A stretch of 64,000 nt of DNA from an uncultured Dehalococcoidia bacterium (GTDB taxonomy: Bacteria; Chloroflexota; Dehalococcoidia; Lucifugimonadales; UBA3495): positions 539,925 through 603,924 of the forward strand of contig OY282494.1 of NCBI GenBank assembly GCA_958296385.1, read 5' to 3'. Positions 1-8,436 of the stretch are shown here, piece after piece (position 1 is the first letter of the stretch; each line of letters begins with the position of its first letter). The position numbers and the translations under genes were made by a program. The notes beneath the pieces were generated by a model. The model saw nothing but the letters and a program-made list of their open reading frames with translations, was not told the DNA's origin and did no database searches.

Positions 1-451
1 CGCGTACATCCCCACCAGCATTTCCACCCAATCGTGCGAGTCCGTACCGCCCGCCCCGGAATGGATCGTCAGAATACCCGGCCGGTTATCGTAGGGCCCC
101 GACAGCGTAAGCTGCATCTCCGCCTTGGCCAAATCAACAGCGACGCTCCCGGTCTCCGCGGCCAGCTCGTCAAACAGACTGCCATCGTCGTTCTCGATAG
201 CCAGCTCGGTAAGCTCCAGCAGATCCCCCACCCGCGCTTCCAGCGCGCGCCACAAGTCAACCGACTGCTGGAGTTGCCCCAACTCCTGCATTTTCCGCTG
301 CGCCGTACCCGGGTCATCCCAAAAATCCGCCGCCGCCGCCGCCCGGTTCAGCTCCGCTATCGACTGCTCCCGTCCCGCCAGGTCAAAGCCGCTCCACGAC
401 GGAGTGGAGCTTGGCGGACATATCAACAAGTTGCTGGCGAATTTCTTCCAT
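1..451 (-). CDS. prfB: Peptide chain release factor 2, 5' part (runs off window), with programmed +1 frameshift
   Basis: Minus strand ATG at 451 reads MEEIRQQLVDMSAKLHSVVERL, then CTT TGA C (388-382). The +1 frame continues DLAGREQSIAEL...LSGPYDNRPGILTIHSGAGGTDSHDWVEMLVGMY, matching the RF2 AGAGGTE(A/S)xDWAxML motif. Not in the ORF track. Confidence 0.95.
382..397 (-). promoter_or_regulatory. RF2 autoregulatory +1 frameshift site
   Basis: GTGGAG CGG CTT TGA C: SD-like GGAG 3 nt before the slippery CTT-TGA-C at codon 22. Confidence 0.93.
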
Positions 452-630
452 CTCATTCCCGATACAATAGCGTTCTGCCGATACCGTCGGCGCACCGCCA
501 TTATACATCAGCCGCCCGCCCCAAATCCGTTATACTTACTAACGCTAATTCCACTGTCCCGCGGCCCCGCCATCCCACCGGCGCTGCGCCGCCCCACGCC
601 ACGATTTACAGTTACAGGCAGGTTTGCACA

Positions 631-2415
631 ATGCTTGACCACGGCACCCCCGAACACGCCGCCAGCGACCCCATCGCCGCCCACCGCCACCGTCTGCGCC
701 ATTCGGCCGCCCACGTGATGGCCGATGCCGTACTGCAACTCTTCCCCGACGCCAAAGTAGCCATCGGCCCCCCCACCGCCGACGGCTTTTACTACGATTT
801 TGAGGTTGAGCGTCCTTTCACCCCGGAGGATTTGGAACGCATTGAGGCATTGATGCTGGAAACCATCCGCAGCAACACCCCTTTTGTCCGTGAGGAACTC
901 GACCGCCCCGATGCCCAATCCATGTTCGCGGCCCAGCCTTTCAAGCAGGAGATTATTGACGACCTGCCCGACGAAACCACCCTCAGCATTTACCGGCACG
1001 GCGCGTTCACCGATTTGTGCCAGGGCCCCCACGTTGACCGCACCGGCGATATTGCCGCCGTCAAACTGCTCCACACCGCCGGCGCTTACTGGCGGGGCGA
1101 TGAGAACCGCCCCATGCTCCAGCGCATTTACGGCACCGCCTTTGAGTCCCGGCAGGAACTCGACGCCCACCTGGAACGCCTGGCCGAAGCCGAGCGCCGC
1201 GACCACCGCGCCTTGGGCCGCCAGCTCAACCTCTACACCGTCCACGAGGACATCGGCCCCGGCCTCATCGTCTGGCACCCCAAAGGCGGCGTCATGCGCT
1301 CCCTCATTGAGGACTACTGGCGCGCTATTCACTACCGCCGGGGCTACAGCATCGTCTATTCCCCCCACATCGGCCGCGCCCGCCTCTGGCAAACCAGCGG
1401 CCACCTCGATTTCTACCGCGACAGTATGTACGCCCCCATGGAAATTGACGAGCAGGAATACTTCCTCAAGCCCATGAACTGCCCCTTCCACATCCAAATC
1501 TACCGCTCCGCCCTGCGCAGCTACCGCGAACTGCCCCTGCGCATCGCCGAGTTGGGCACCGTATATCGCTACGAACGCAGCGGCGTCCTCCACGGCCTAA
1601 TGCGCGTCCGCGGCTTCACCCAGGACGACGCCCACATCTTCTGCCTCCCCGACCAGGTAGCCGCCGAAGTCGGCGATGTGCTTGACCTCACTTTTGAGAT
1701 TATGTCCGCCTTCGGCTTTGACGAATACGACATCATGCTCTCCACCTGCCCGGACAAATTCGTCGGCGAACCCGATATGTGGGAGCACGCCACCGAATCC
1801 CTCCGCGCAGCCCTCGTATCCCGCAACCTGCCCTACGCCATCGACGACGGCGGCGGCGCCTTCTACGGCCCCAAAATTGACGTCAAGATCAAAGACGCCC
1901 TGGGCCGCGACTGGCAATGCACCACCGTCCAGTTCGACTTCAACCTCCCGGAACGCTTCGACCTAACTTTCCAGGACGACCAGGGCAACCGTTCCCGCCC
2001 CTACATGGTGCACCGCGCCATACTAGGCTCGTTAGAACGGTTCTTCGGCGTACTGGTCGAGCACTACGCCGGCGCCTTCCCCCTCTGGCTCGCCCCCGTC
2101 CAGGCCACCGTAATCCCCATCGCCGACCGCCATATCCCCTACGCCAATCAAGTAGCCGAGCAGCTACAAGATGCCGGCTACCGCGCCGAAGTGGACGACC
2201 GCAGCGAGCGCATGAACCAGAAGATCCGCCAGGCCCAACTCCAGAAAACCCCCTATATGCTGGTAGTAGGCGATCGAGAACAAGAGGCCAACGCCGCCGC
2301 CGTCCGCACCCGCGATGGCGAGAATCTAGGCGCCCTCCCCCTAACCGAAGTCCTGCAACGCCTTGACGCCGAACTAGAGGGCACCCCAGCCGCCGCAACC
2401 CGCCGTCGCCCATAA
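631..2415 (+). CDS. thrS: Threonine--tRNA ligase
   Basis: RHSAAHVMA, DLCQGPHV, GAYWRGD, KPMNCP, RVRGFTQDDAHIF, AFYGPKID and C-terminal anticodon domain. Start taken at ATG 631; the upstream ORF extension overlaps prfB. Confidence 0.97.
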   Translation: MLDHGTPEHAASDPIAAHRHRLRHSAAHVMADAVLQLFPDAKVAIGPPTADGFYYDFEVERPFTPEDLERIEALMLETIRSNTPFVREELDRPDAQSMFAAQPFKQEIIDDLPDETTLSIYRHGAFTDLCQGPHVDRTGDIAAVKLLHTAGAYWRGDENRPMLQRIYGTAFESRQELDAHLERLAEAERRDHRALGRQLNLYTVHEDIGPGLIVWHPKGGVMRSLIEDYWRAIHYRRGYSIVYSPHIGRARLWQTSGHLDFYRDSMYAPMEIDEQEYFLKPMNCPFHIQIYRSALRSYRELPLRIAELGTVYRYERSGVLHGLMRVRGFTQDDAHIFCLPDQVAAEVGDVLDLTFEIMSAFGFDEYDIMLSTCPDKFVGEPDMWEHATESLRAALVSRNLPYAIDDGGGAFYGPKIDVKIKDALGRDWQCTTVQFDFNLPERFDLTFQDDQGNRSRPYMVHRAILGSLERFFGVLVEHYAGAFPLWLAPVQATVIPIADRHIPYANQVAEQLQDAGYRAEVDDRSERMNQKIRQAQLQKTPYMLVVGDREQEANAAAVRTRDGENLGALPLTEVLQRLDAELEGTPAAATRRRP

Positions 2416-2531
2416 CTAGCGCCGGCGGCGCCAACCGCCCGCATCCATTCCAATGCAGTAGGCCCGGTCGTTCCGTCACAGACGTGAACAACCGGGCCCT
2501 ACTAACCCCCCCGTTTTCTACGCCCTGCGCC

Positions 2532-3401
2532 CTACTGCGCCAGCCCCTCAAACGCCCCCCGCAAAGTCGCCGCGTCAGCAACGCTGCCGTACCCCTTGCG
2601 GAACGTAATCACCCCGTCCCCATCCAGAGCCAGCATCGACGACTGGCTGACTATCCGCAAGTCCCGCAGCATCCGACCCACCGGCTGCGCCGACGTAATA
2701 CCGGCATACCCCTCGCCGGCAGCGTAAGAATCCAGTCGCGCGGCGTCCTCGCTGAACGACACCAGGTAAAAATCCACTTCCCCGGCATATTCCGTAACAA
2801 TAGGGCTCAGCGTCCGCAACTCGGCGCGGCACGCTGGTCACCACGTCGCAAAATACATCATAAACACCGGCCGCCCCGCCGCCGTCAGCGACTCCGATGC
2901 AACCTCAGTCCCATCGGTCAACTGCATCACAAAAGCCGGCGCCATCTCCCCCACGCTGGTGCCCACCGGAACCGGCTCCGCCGGCACATCCGTAGGCGGT
3001 ATCGGCGTTGGCGGCGTTTCCGTCGGCGGTAGCGGTGTCGGCGGCACATCCGTAGGTGGCGGCAGCGTTGCCGGTTCGTCCGTCGGCGCCGCATCCGTAG
3101 CCGCCGGCGCCGCCGTCGGTGCGTCCGTAGCCGGCGGCAATGTTGCCATCTGCGCCGCAGTCGCCGACGGCGATTCCGTCGGCTGCTCTGCCGTCGGCCT
3201 GACCACCGCAGCCACCGTCGCTGTCGGAGCGGACACCACAGCCGCAGCAGTAGTAGCCGTCGGAACGCTAACCGTCTGCGCCGCCTGCGGCACCGACATC
3301 GCCGCCTCCGGCCCCGGAGCGTCCCCGCCCCCGCACGCCAGCAAAGCCGCCCCCGTTATGGTGACCGCCGTCAAAGTGGCTATGATTTTGGCTTTAATCA
3401 T
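2532..3401 (-). CDS. TlpA/ResA-like redoxin lipoprotein, predicted selenoprotein (FATW-U-PAC), with Pro/Thr/Ala-rich linker
   Basis: ORFs 2838..3419 and 2532..2819 are in frame and joined through TGA at 2840-2838, giving [18 protein letters not shown], where the TGA takes the first Cys of WCxxC. Lipobox LLAC. Confidence 0.88.
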
Positions 3402-3443
3402 CAGAATGTGCAGCGTCAACGACGCCAGCGAAGCCTACCCTCA

Positions 3444-4061
3444 TCAGCTTGGCAGCTGAATGTCCCGTTGCCGTTGTTCTCTCTGCTGCTCCGCGTTTTC
3501 CTGCGACGGAGCGGCGTTAGGGTTCTCAATCAGCTGGTCCAAATACCCGGGCCACTCCCGCGCGTCCCCTTTGGACTGCCGGTGCAGGATAAGCCCCCGT
3601 GCGTTCAGCGCCATCATCGCCGACTGCTGGGAAACCTCCAGGTCGGCCAGCATCGTGCCCACCGGCTGCGCCGCGATAAACCCCTGGTAGCCGTTCTCGG
3701 TTATGTATTCCTGAATAACGCCGGCGTCCTCGTTAAACGACACCACGTAAAAGTCAATCTCGGAGGCGTAATCCGATGCGAAATTGTCCAGCGTCTGCAA
3801 CTCAGCGCGGCAGTGTGGTCACCACGTCGCAAAGTACATCATAAACGCCGGCCGCTCACCCTCAACCAGATTCCTCAGCGCAACCTCCGAACCGTCGGTC
3901 AACTGCATCGCAAACGGCGGCGCAACGTCGCCAGCGTCAACCCCCATTCCCGTACCACCGTCACCCCCCGACGACGGAGCGCAAGCGGCAATCAATACCG
4001 CCAGCAAAGCCGCCATCAGCAACCCCGGCAGCAGCCGTCCCATCCTTCGCGCTCTCATCAT
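3444..4061 (-). CDS. TlpA/ResA-like redoxin lipoprotein, predicted selenoprotein (FATW-U-PHC)
   Basis: ORFs 3819..4061 and 3444..3800 are in frame and joined through TGA at 3821-3819, giving [18 protein letters not shown]. Lipobox IAAC; paralogue of the adjacent gene. Confidence 0.88.
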
Positions 4062-4139
4062 GCCCCTTGCAATGGCCTGTCATCTGGTATGCTTGCCAGT
4101 ATCGCCAGCAATTCTATCACATATGGGGAGTGCAACCCG

Positions 4140-6191
4140 ATGCCCAACCGATTGAGCCAGGAAACCAGCCCCTACCTTTTGCAGCACGCCAATAACCCGG
4201 TGGACTGGTATCCCTGGGGCCCCGAAGCCCTGACCCGCGCCATCACCGATGACCGCCCCATCCTGTTGAGCATCGGCTACTCCGCCTGCCACTGGTGCCA
4301 CGTGATGGAACGCGAGTCCTTTGAGAACCCCGAAATCGCCGCCCTGATGAACGAGCATTTCGTCAACATCAAGGTTGACCGCGAGGAACGCCCCGACCTC
4401 GACGCCGTCTATATGGAAGCCGTCCAGATGCTCACCGGCAGCGGCGGTTGGCCCATGACCGTGTTCCTCACCCCCGAAGGCCGCCCCTACTACGGCGGCA
4501 CCTACTTTCCCCCCGAGGACCGCCCGGGTATGCCCGGCTTTCCCCGCCTGCTCACCGCCGCCAGCCAGGCTTACCAAACCAACAAAGGCGAGATCGAACG
4601 CGTCACCCGCCAGCTGGCCCAGCAGATGGGCCGCACCGGCCAGATGCCCCGCGGCTCTACCCCCCTGACCACCGAAGTAATGCACAACGCCTACTCCCAG
4701 CTGGCCACCCAATTCGACCACCTCAACGGCGGGTTCGGCAACGCCCCCAAGTTCCCCCAGCCCATGACCCCGGAGTTCCTGCTCCGCTACCAGCAGCACG
4801 GTTTCAACCCCCGCGCCCTGGAAATGGTAGAGCTAACCCTGCGCAAAATGGCCTACGGCGGCATCTACGACCAAATCGGCGGCGGTTTCCATCGCTACTC
4901 CACCGATGCCTACTGGCTCGTTCCCCACTTCGAGAAAATGCTCTACGACAACGCCCTGCTGTCCCGCCTCTACCTCCACGCCTGGCAAATCACCGCCCAC
5001 CCCCTCTACCGCCGCATCACCGAGGAAACCCTCGACTACGTGCTCCGCGAGATGACCGACGCCGCCGGCGGTTTCTACTCCGCCCAGGACGCCGACAGCG
5101 AGGGCGTAGAGGGCAAGTTTTTCGTCTGGACGCCCGCCGAATTGCAAGACATCCTCGGCGACGACGCCGAACTAATCACCGCCTACTACGGCGTAACCGA
5201 ACGCGGCAATTTTGAGGGCGCCAACATCCTGAACGTCCCCCGCGACCCCCAGGAGTTCATCAACCAGCGCGGCATCACCGCCGACGAATTGGCCGCCGCA
5301 ATATCCCGGGCCCGCGCCGCCCTGCTAACGGTACGCGCAACACGCATCCACCCCCTGCTTGACGACAAAGTGCTCACCGGATGGAACGGCCTGATGCTGC
5401 GTTCCTTTGCCGAGGCCGGCGCCGCCCTTGACCGCCCCGATTACCTTGATGCCGCCCGTCGCAACGCCGCTTTCCTGCTGGACGCCCTCCGCGCTGCCAA
5501 CGGCCGCCTCCTCCGCACCTGGCGCAACGGCCAGGCCAAACTGCTGGCCTACCTGGAGGACTACGCCTGCCTCGCCGACGGCCTCATCGCCCTCCACGAA
5601 GCCACCCTGGAACCCCATTGGCTCCAATCCGCCATAGCCCTTGCCGACGACATGATTGACCTCTTTTGGGATGATACCGTCGGCGGTTTCTACGATACCG
5701 GACGCGACCATGAGGAGCTGGTAATCCGCCCCCGCGACGTATTCGACAACGCCCAACCCTGCGGCGGTTCCGTAGCCACCGACGTCCTGCTGCGATTAGC
5801 CGTAGCCACCGGCAACGACGACTACGCCGCCAAAGCCTCCACCCCTCTGCGCGCCCTCCACCCCCTCCTCGGACGCGCCCCCTCCACCACCGGCCATTGG
5901 CTCGGCGCCCTGGATTTCTACGTATCCCTCCCCAAAGAAATCGTCATCGCCGGCCCCCTCGATCACCCCCAAACGCAAGCCCTGCTAACCCAAATCGGCC
6001 GCCGCTACCTCCCCAACCGGGTAGTAATCGGCCTCTCCGACCCCGCCAACCCCCCCATCGCAAACTCCCCACTACTAGAGCAGCGCACAATGCAAAACGG
6101 CCTCCCCACCGCCTACGTCTGCCAGCACTACGTCTGCCAACTCCCCGTCACCACCCCGGAAACCCTGGCCGCCCAACTAACCGCCCCCTGA
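4140..6191 (+). CDS. Thioredoxin-domain protein, YyaL/SPATA20 (DUF255) family
   Basis: [54 protein letters not shown]-terminal AYVCQHYVC. Confidence 0.93.
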   Translation: MPNRLSQETSPYLLQHANNPVDWYPWGPEALTRAITDDRPILLSIGYSACHWCHVMERESFENPEIAALMNEHFVNIKVDREERPDLDAVYMEAVQMLTGSGGWPMTVFLTPEGRPYYGGTYFPPEDRPGMPGFPRLLTAASQAYQTNKGEIERVTRQLAQQMGRTGQMPRGSTPLTTEVMHNAYSQLATQFDHLNGGFGNAPKFPQPMTPEFLLRYQQHGFNPRALEMVELTLRKMAYGGIYDQIGGGFHRYSTDAYWLVPHFEKMLYDNALLSRLYLHAWQITAHPLYRRITEETLDYVLREMTDAAGGFYSAQDADSEGVEGKFFVWTPAELQDILGDDAELITAYYGVTERGNFEGANILNVPRDPQEFINQRGITADELAAAISRARAALLTVRATRIHPLLDDKVLTGWNGLMLRSFAEAGAALDRPDYLDAARRNAAFLLDALRAANGRLLRTWRNGQAKLLAYLEDYACLADGLIALHEATLEPHWLQSAIALADDMIDLFWDDTVGGFYDTGRDHEELVIRPRDVFDNAQPCGGSVATDVLLRLAVATGNDDYAAKASTPLRALHPLLGRAPSTTGHWLGALDFYVSLPKEIVIAGPLDHPQTQALLTQIGRRYLPNRVVIGLSDPANPPIANSPLLEQRTMQNGLPTAYVCQHYVCQLPVTTPETLAAQLTAP

Positions 6192-6359
6192 ACACCCCCC
6201 CGCCCCCGCCATGTAATTTCTAAGCGCAGCGCTGAATCCCGACACCGTAGCAGCACCCTTGCCCTCAAGAATGAGGGGGTCTGGGGGAAATCATTTCCCC
6301 CAGCGCAGCCCCTTAGAATACGCCCCACCGACAAATCCAAAATCAGCGACCCCAACCTC

Positions 6360-6388
6360 TTGCAACCGTACATCAGTTCGTGTAAGAT
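6360..6388 (+). promoter_or_regulatory. Sigma70-type promoter of repeat/ncRNA copy 1
   Basis: TTGCAA-N17-TAAGAT; equivalent boxes are kept at the same position in copies 2 and 3. Confidence 0.65.
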
Positions 6389-6393
6389 ACATC

Positions 6394-6810
6394 TATCGGG
6401 CAAATCAACAACCAATCCCCGCCTCAACCGTTCTCCACCGGAGAACACCCCTGAGGAACCGGGGCCATCACACTATCACCCAGATCACAACACCGCGTCA
6501 AACGTCGCCGGAGATTCCAGTCACCACGGCCACCCCCGTCAGCATCCAAATCGCAATCGGCCAGGCCGCCTATCCCTGCTTCCACAGCGCGGGCGGTACT
6601 CCGCAGGGTATCGAGCTTCAGCCCGCGTGCTGCCTCTCATTAGGGCAGGACACGTAAAATGAAGGTCCGTAATAGTTGCGTAAAAACCTTCCGGCCGTAA
6701 GGGCTGACACCGACTCGAATCTCCGGCGATAACCACCAAACCAACCGAACGACCCAAACCAAACCGAACCCACCGCCCGATAAACGCCCGATACCACACC
6801 CGCCCGATAG
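6394..6810 (+). ncRNA. Multicopy structured element, candidate ncRNA, copy 1
   Basis: Homologous to 29331-29706 and 36316-36719 (both reverse). Long-range stem 6504-6522/6712-6730; pseudoknot ACGGCC/GGCCGT and GTCAGC/GCTGAC; 3x CGCCCGATA at the 3' end. The repeat itself is certain; RNA function is inferred. Confidence 0.65.
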
Positions 6811-6849
6811 ATAGCCCGACCGCAACCCCCCGCACCCCTATGAACTTTG

Positions 6850-8232
6850 CTACAACAATCCCGCCGCCGTCGCCGTCTCCCGGTTCACCCTATCCGGCAG
6901 TCGGTAGCGCCGCCAGACCACAAAGCCCAGCAGCGCGATTGCGCCCGCCAGCGGCCCGGCCAGCCGGATGCCCAGCGGGTTCTCTGCCGAATCCCCCAGC
7001 AGCAGCGCCAGGCTCAACAGCAGTGGCGACAGCGACAATGCCACTTTCTCAAAAAAGTTCTGTGTCGAATAAAACAGGGCCTCCCGTCGCTCGCCCGTCA
7101 GCAAAGCGTCGTAATCCGCGATGTCCGCCGTCAGCGCTTTGGGCAGCAGAAACACCCCCGACATCGGTATCCCCGCCAAAAACGACAGCGCAATCCCCTG
7201 CGCCAGCAACCCCGCCTCGGTCAGCAGCCCCGGCAGCGTCAGCAGGGGAAACGCCGCCCCGCTCCCAATCAGGCACCAGGCGTAAATCCGCCGCTTTCCG
7301 TAGCGGTTGGACAGCGGCCAGAATATGACCCCGGCCACTACTGCCCCGGTGATTACCGCTATAAACAGCAGCCCCGTCACCGTCCCCTCGTTCTCCGCCA
7401 GCAGCACCTGCGATGCGAAAAACGGCACCCACGCCATCAGTATCCCCACCGCCATCGAGAACATCACAAACGTCGGCAGAAAATAGACGAACTGCGGATT
7501 ACGTAAAGTCGCCCACAGCCCGGCCCACAGCGCAACTCTGGCCGGCGGCGTCCCCCGCGGCGCGTACCGCCACACCGCCGATAGCGCTATGTAGCGGAAC
7601 ACCACGCCCACCACCGCCACGAACACCCCCATCGTCTGGTAGCCCAGCGTGTCCGCAATCCGCCCGCTCAGCGCCAGCCCCACCCCGGCCCCCACTATCG
7701 CAAACAAAAATATGCTGCCCACTATCGCCATCCGATCCGACGGCGTTGGCGATACCTCCGGTATCAGCGCCTCCAGCGGCCCGCTGGACATCGTATTCGC
7801 TACAAAGAACAGCTCCAGCATCACCACCAGGTACAGCGCGTTCCACAAACTCGGCTCGTCCGACGGCAGAAACCAGATGAGCGCCGCAAACAGCGCGTAA
7901 AATGGCGTGCTGAACAGAATAAACGGCAGCCGCCGCCCCCACCGGCTTTGCGTCCGGTCGCTCCACCACCCGATGAGCGGGTCATCCACCGCGTCCACAA
8001 ACCGCCCCACCGTCAGCAGCCCGCCGGCCAGCACCCGCGCGTCAACGTCAAACCCCAGCAGCGACACCCCCGGCACCAGCCCCAGCCCAACCGCCGCCGG
8101 CGGCGCCAGATAAAAAAGCAGCAGCGTCCCCCGCGCGTAGCTGATGGTTTGCAGCCCAATATGGTCCGAGGCAAACAGCAGCTTATTGATGAGCGGCAGA
8201 CGCGCCGCCGCCGGTCCCGTATCGCCCATCAC
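6850..8232 (-). CDS. MFS transporter, GPH/MelB-like sugar:cation symporter family
   Basis: DAVDDPLIGWWSDRTQSRWGRRLPF and ADIADYDALLTGERREALFY motifs; about 12 hydrophobic segments. Confidence 0.9.
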   Translation of the reverse strand: MMGDTGPAAARLPLINKLLFASDHIGLQTISYARGTLLLFYLAPPAAVGLGLVPGVSLLGFDVDARVLAGGLLTVGRFVDAVDDPLIGWWSDRTQSRWGRRLPFILFSTPFYALFAALIWFLPSDEPSLWNALYLVVMLELFFVANTMSSGPLEALIPEVSPTPSDRMAIVGSIFLFAIVGAGVGLALSGRIADTLGYQTMGVFVAVVGVVFRYIALSAVWRYAPRGTPPARVALWAGLWATLRNPQFVYFLPTFVMFSMAVGILMAWVPFFASQVLLAENEGTVTGLLFIAVITGAVVAGVIFWPLSNRYGKRRIYAWCLIGSGAAFPLLTLPGLLTEAGLLAQGIALSFLAGIPMSGVFLLPKALTADIADYDALLTGERREALFYSTQNFFEKVALSLSPLLLSLALLLGDSAENPLGIRLAGPLAGAIALLGFVVWRRYRLPDRVNRETATAAGLL

Positions 8233-8436
8233 GCCTCAAACCCGCCGCAAAATCACCGCCGCAATGTACCACATCAGCGTAACACGGGCTACCATTGATT
8301 AGCTTTCCTGTGTATAATCGGCACGGTTTATCCTGCGGAATCTACCCCATCCCGCCAACCAGTCCGGGCCTGTGTCAACAACTTTTTTTGGCAACCTGTA
8401 GCGGCCTCGGAATCCACTTTTGCCAGGGAGCATATC

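Noticed and set aside
34-630. 199-aa N-terminal extension of ThrS in the ORF track
   Set aside because: It is the antisense shadow of prfB plus intergenic DNA; ThrS homology starts after ATG 631.
2532-4061. Four separate small ORFs or two nonsense pseudogenes
   Set aside because: The same TGA at the catalytic Cys position in both paralogues, with intact downstream frames, fits selenocysteine far better.
3408-4139. N-terminal extension of the YyaL ORF
   Set aside because: It overlaps the minus-strand selenoprotein gene; the family-typical start MPNRL is at 4140.
6500-6730. Identification of the element as RNase P RNA, tmRNA, group I/II intron, hammerhead or pistol ribozyme
   Set aside because: The pseudoknot order recalls RNase P and one segment loosely recalls pistol, but diagnostic sequences (GAGGAAAGUC, tRNA-like ends, domain V, CUGANGA/GAAA core) are not present. 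Needs an Rfam search.
6259-6835. Short ORFs across the repeated element (also 29185-29924 and 36309-36688)
   Set aside because: Starts, stops and frames are not conserved among the three copies, whereas base-pairing is.
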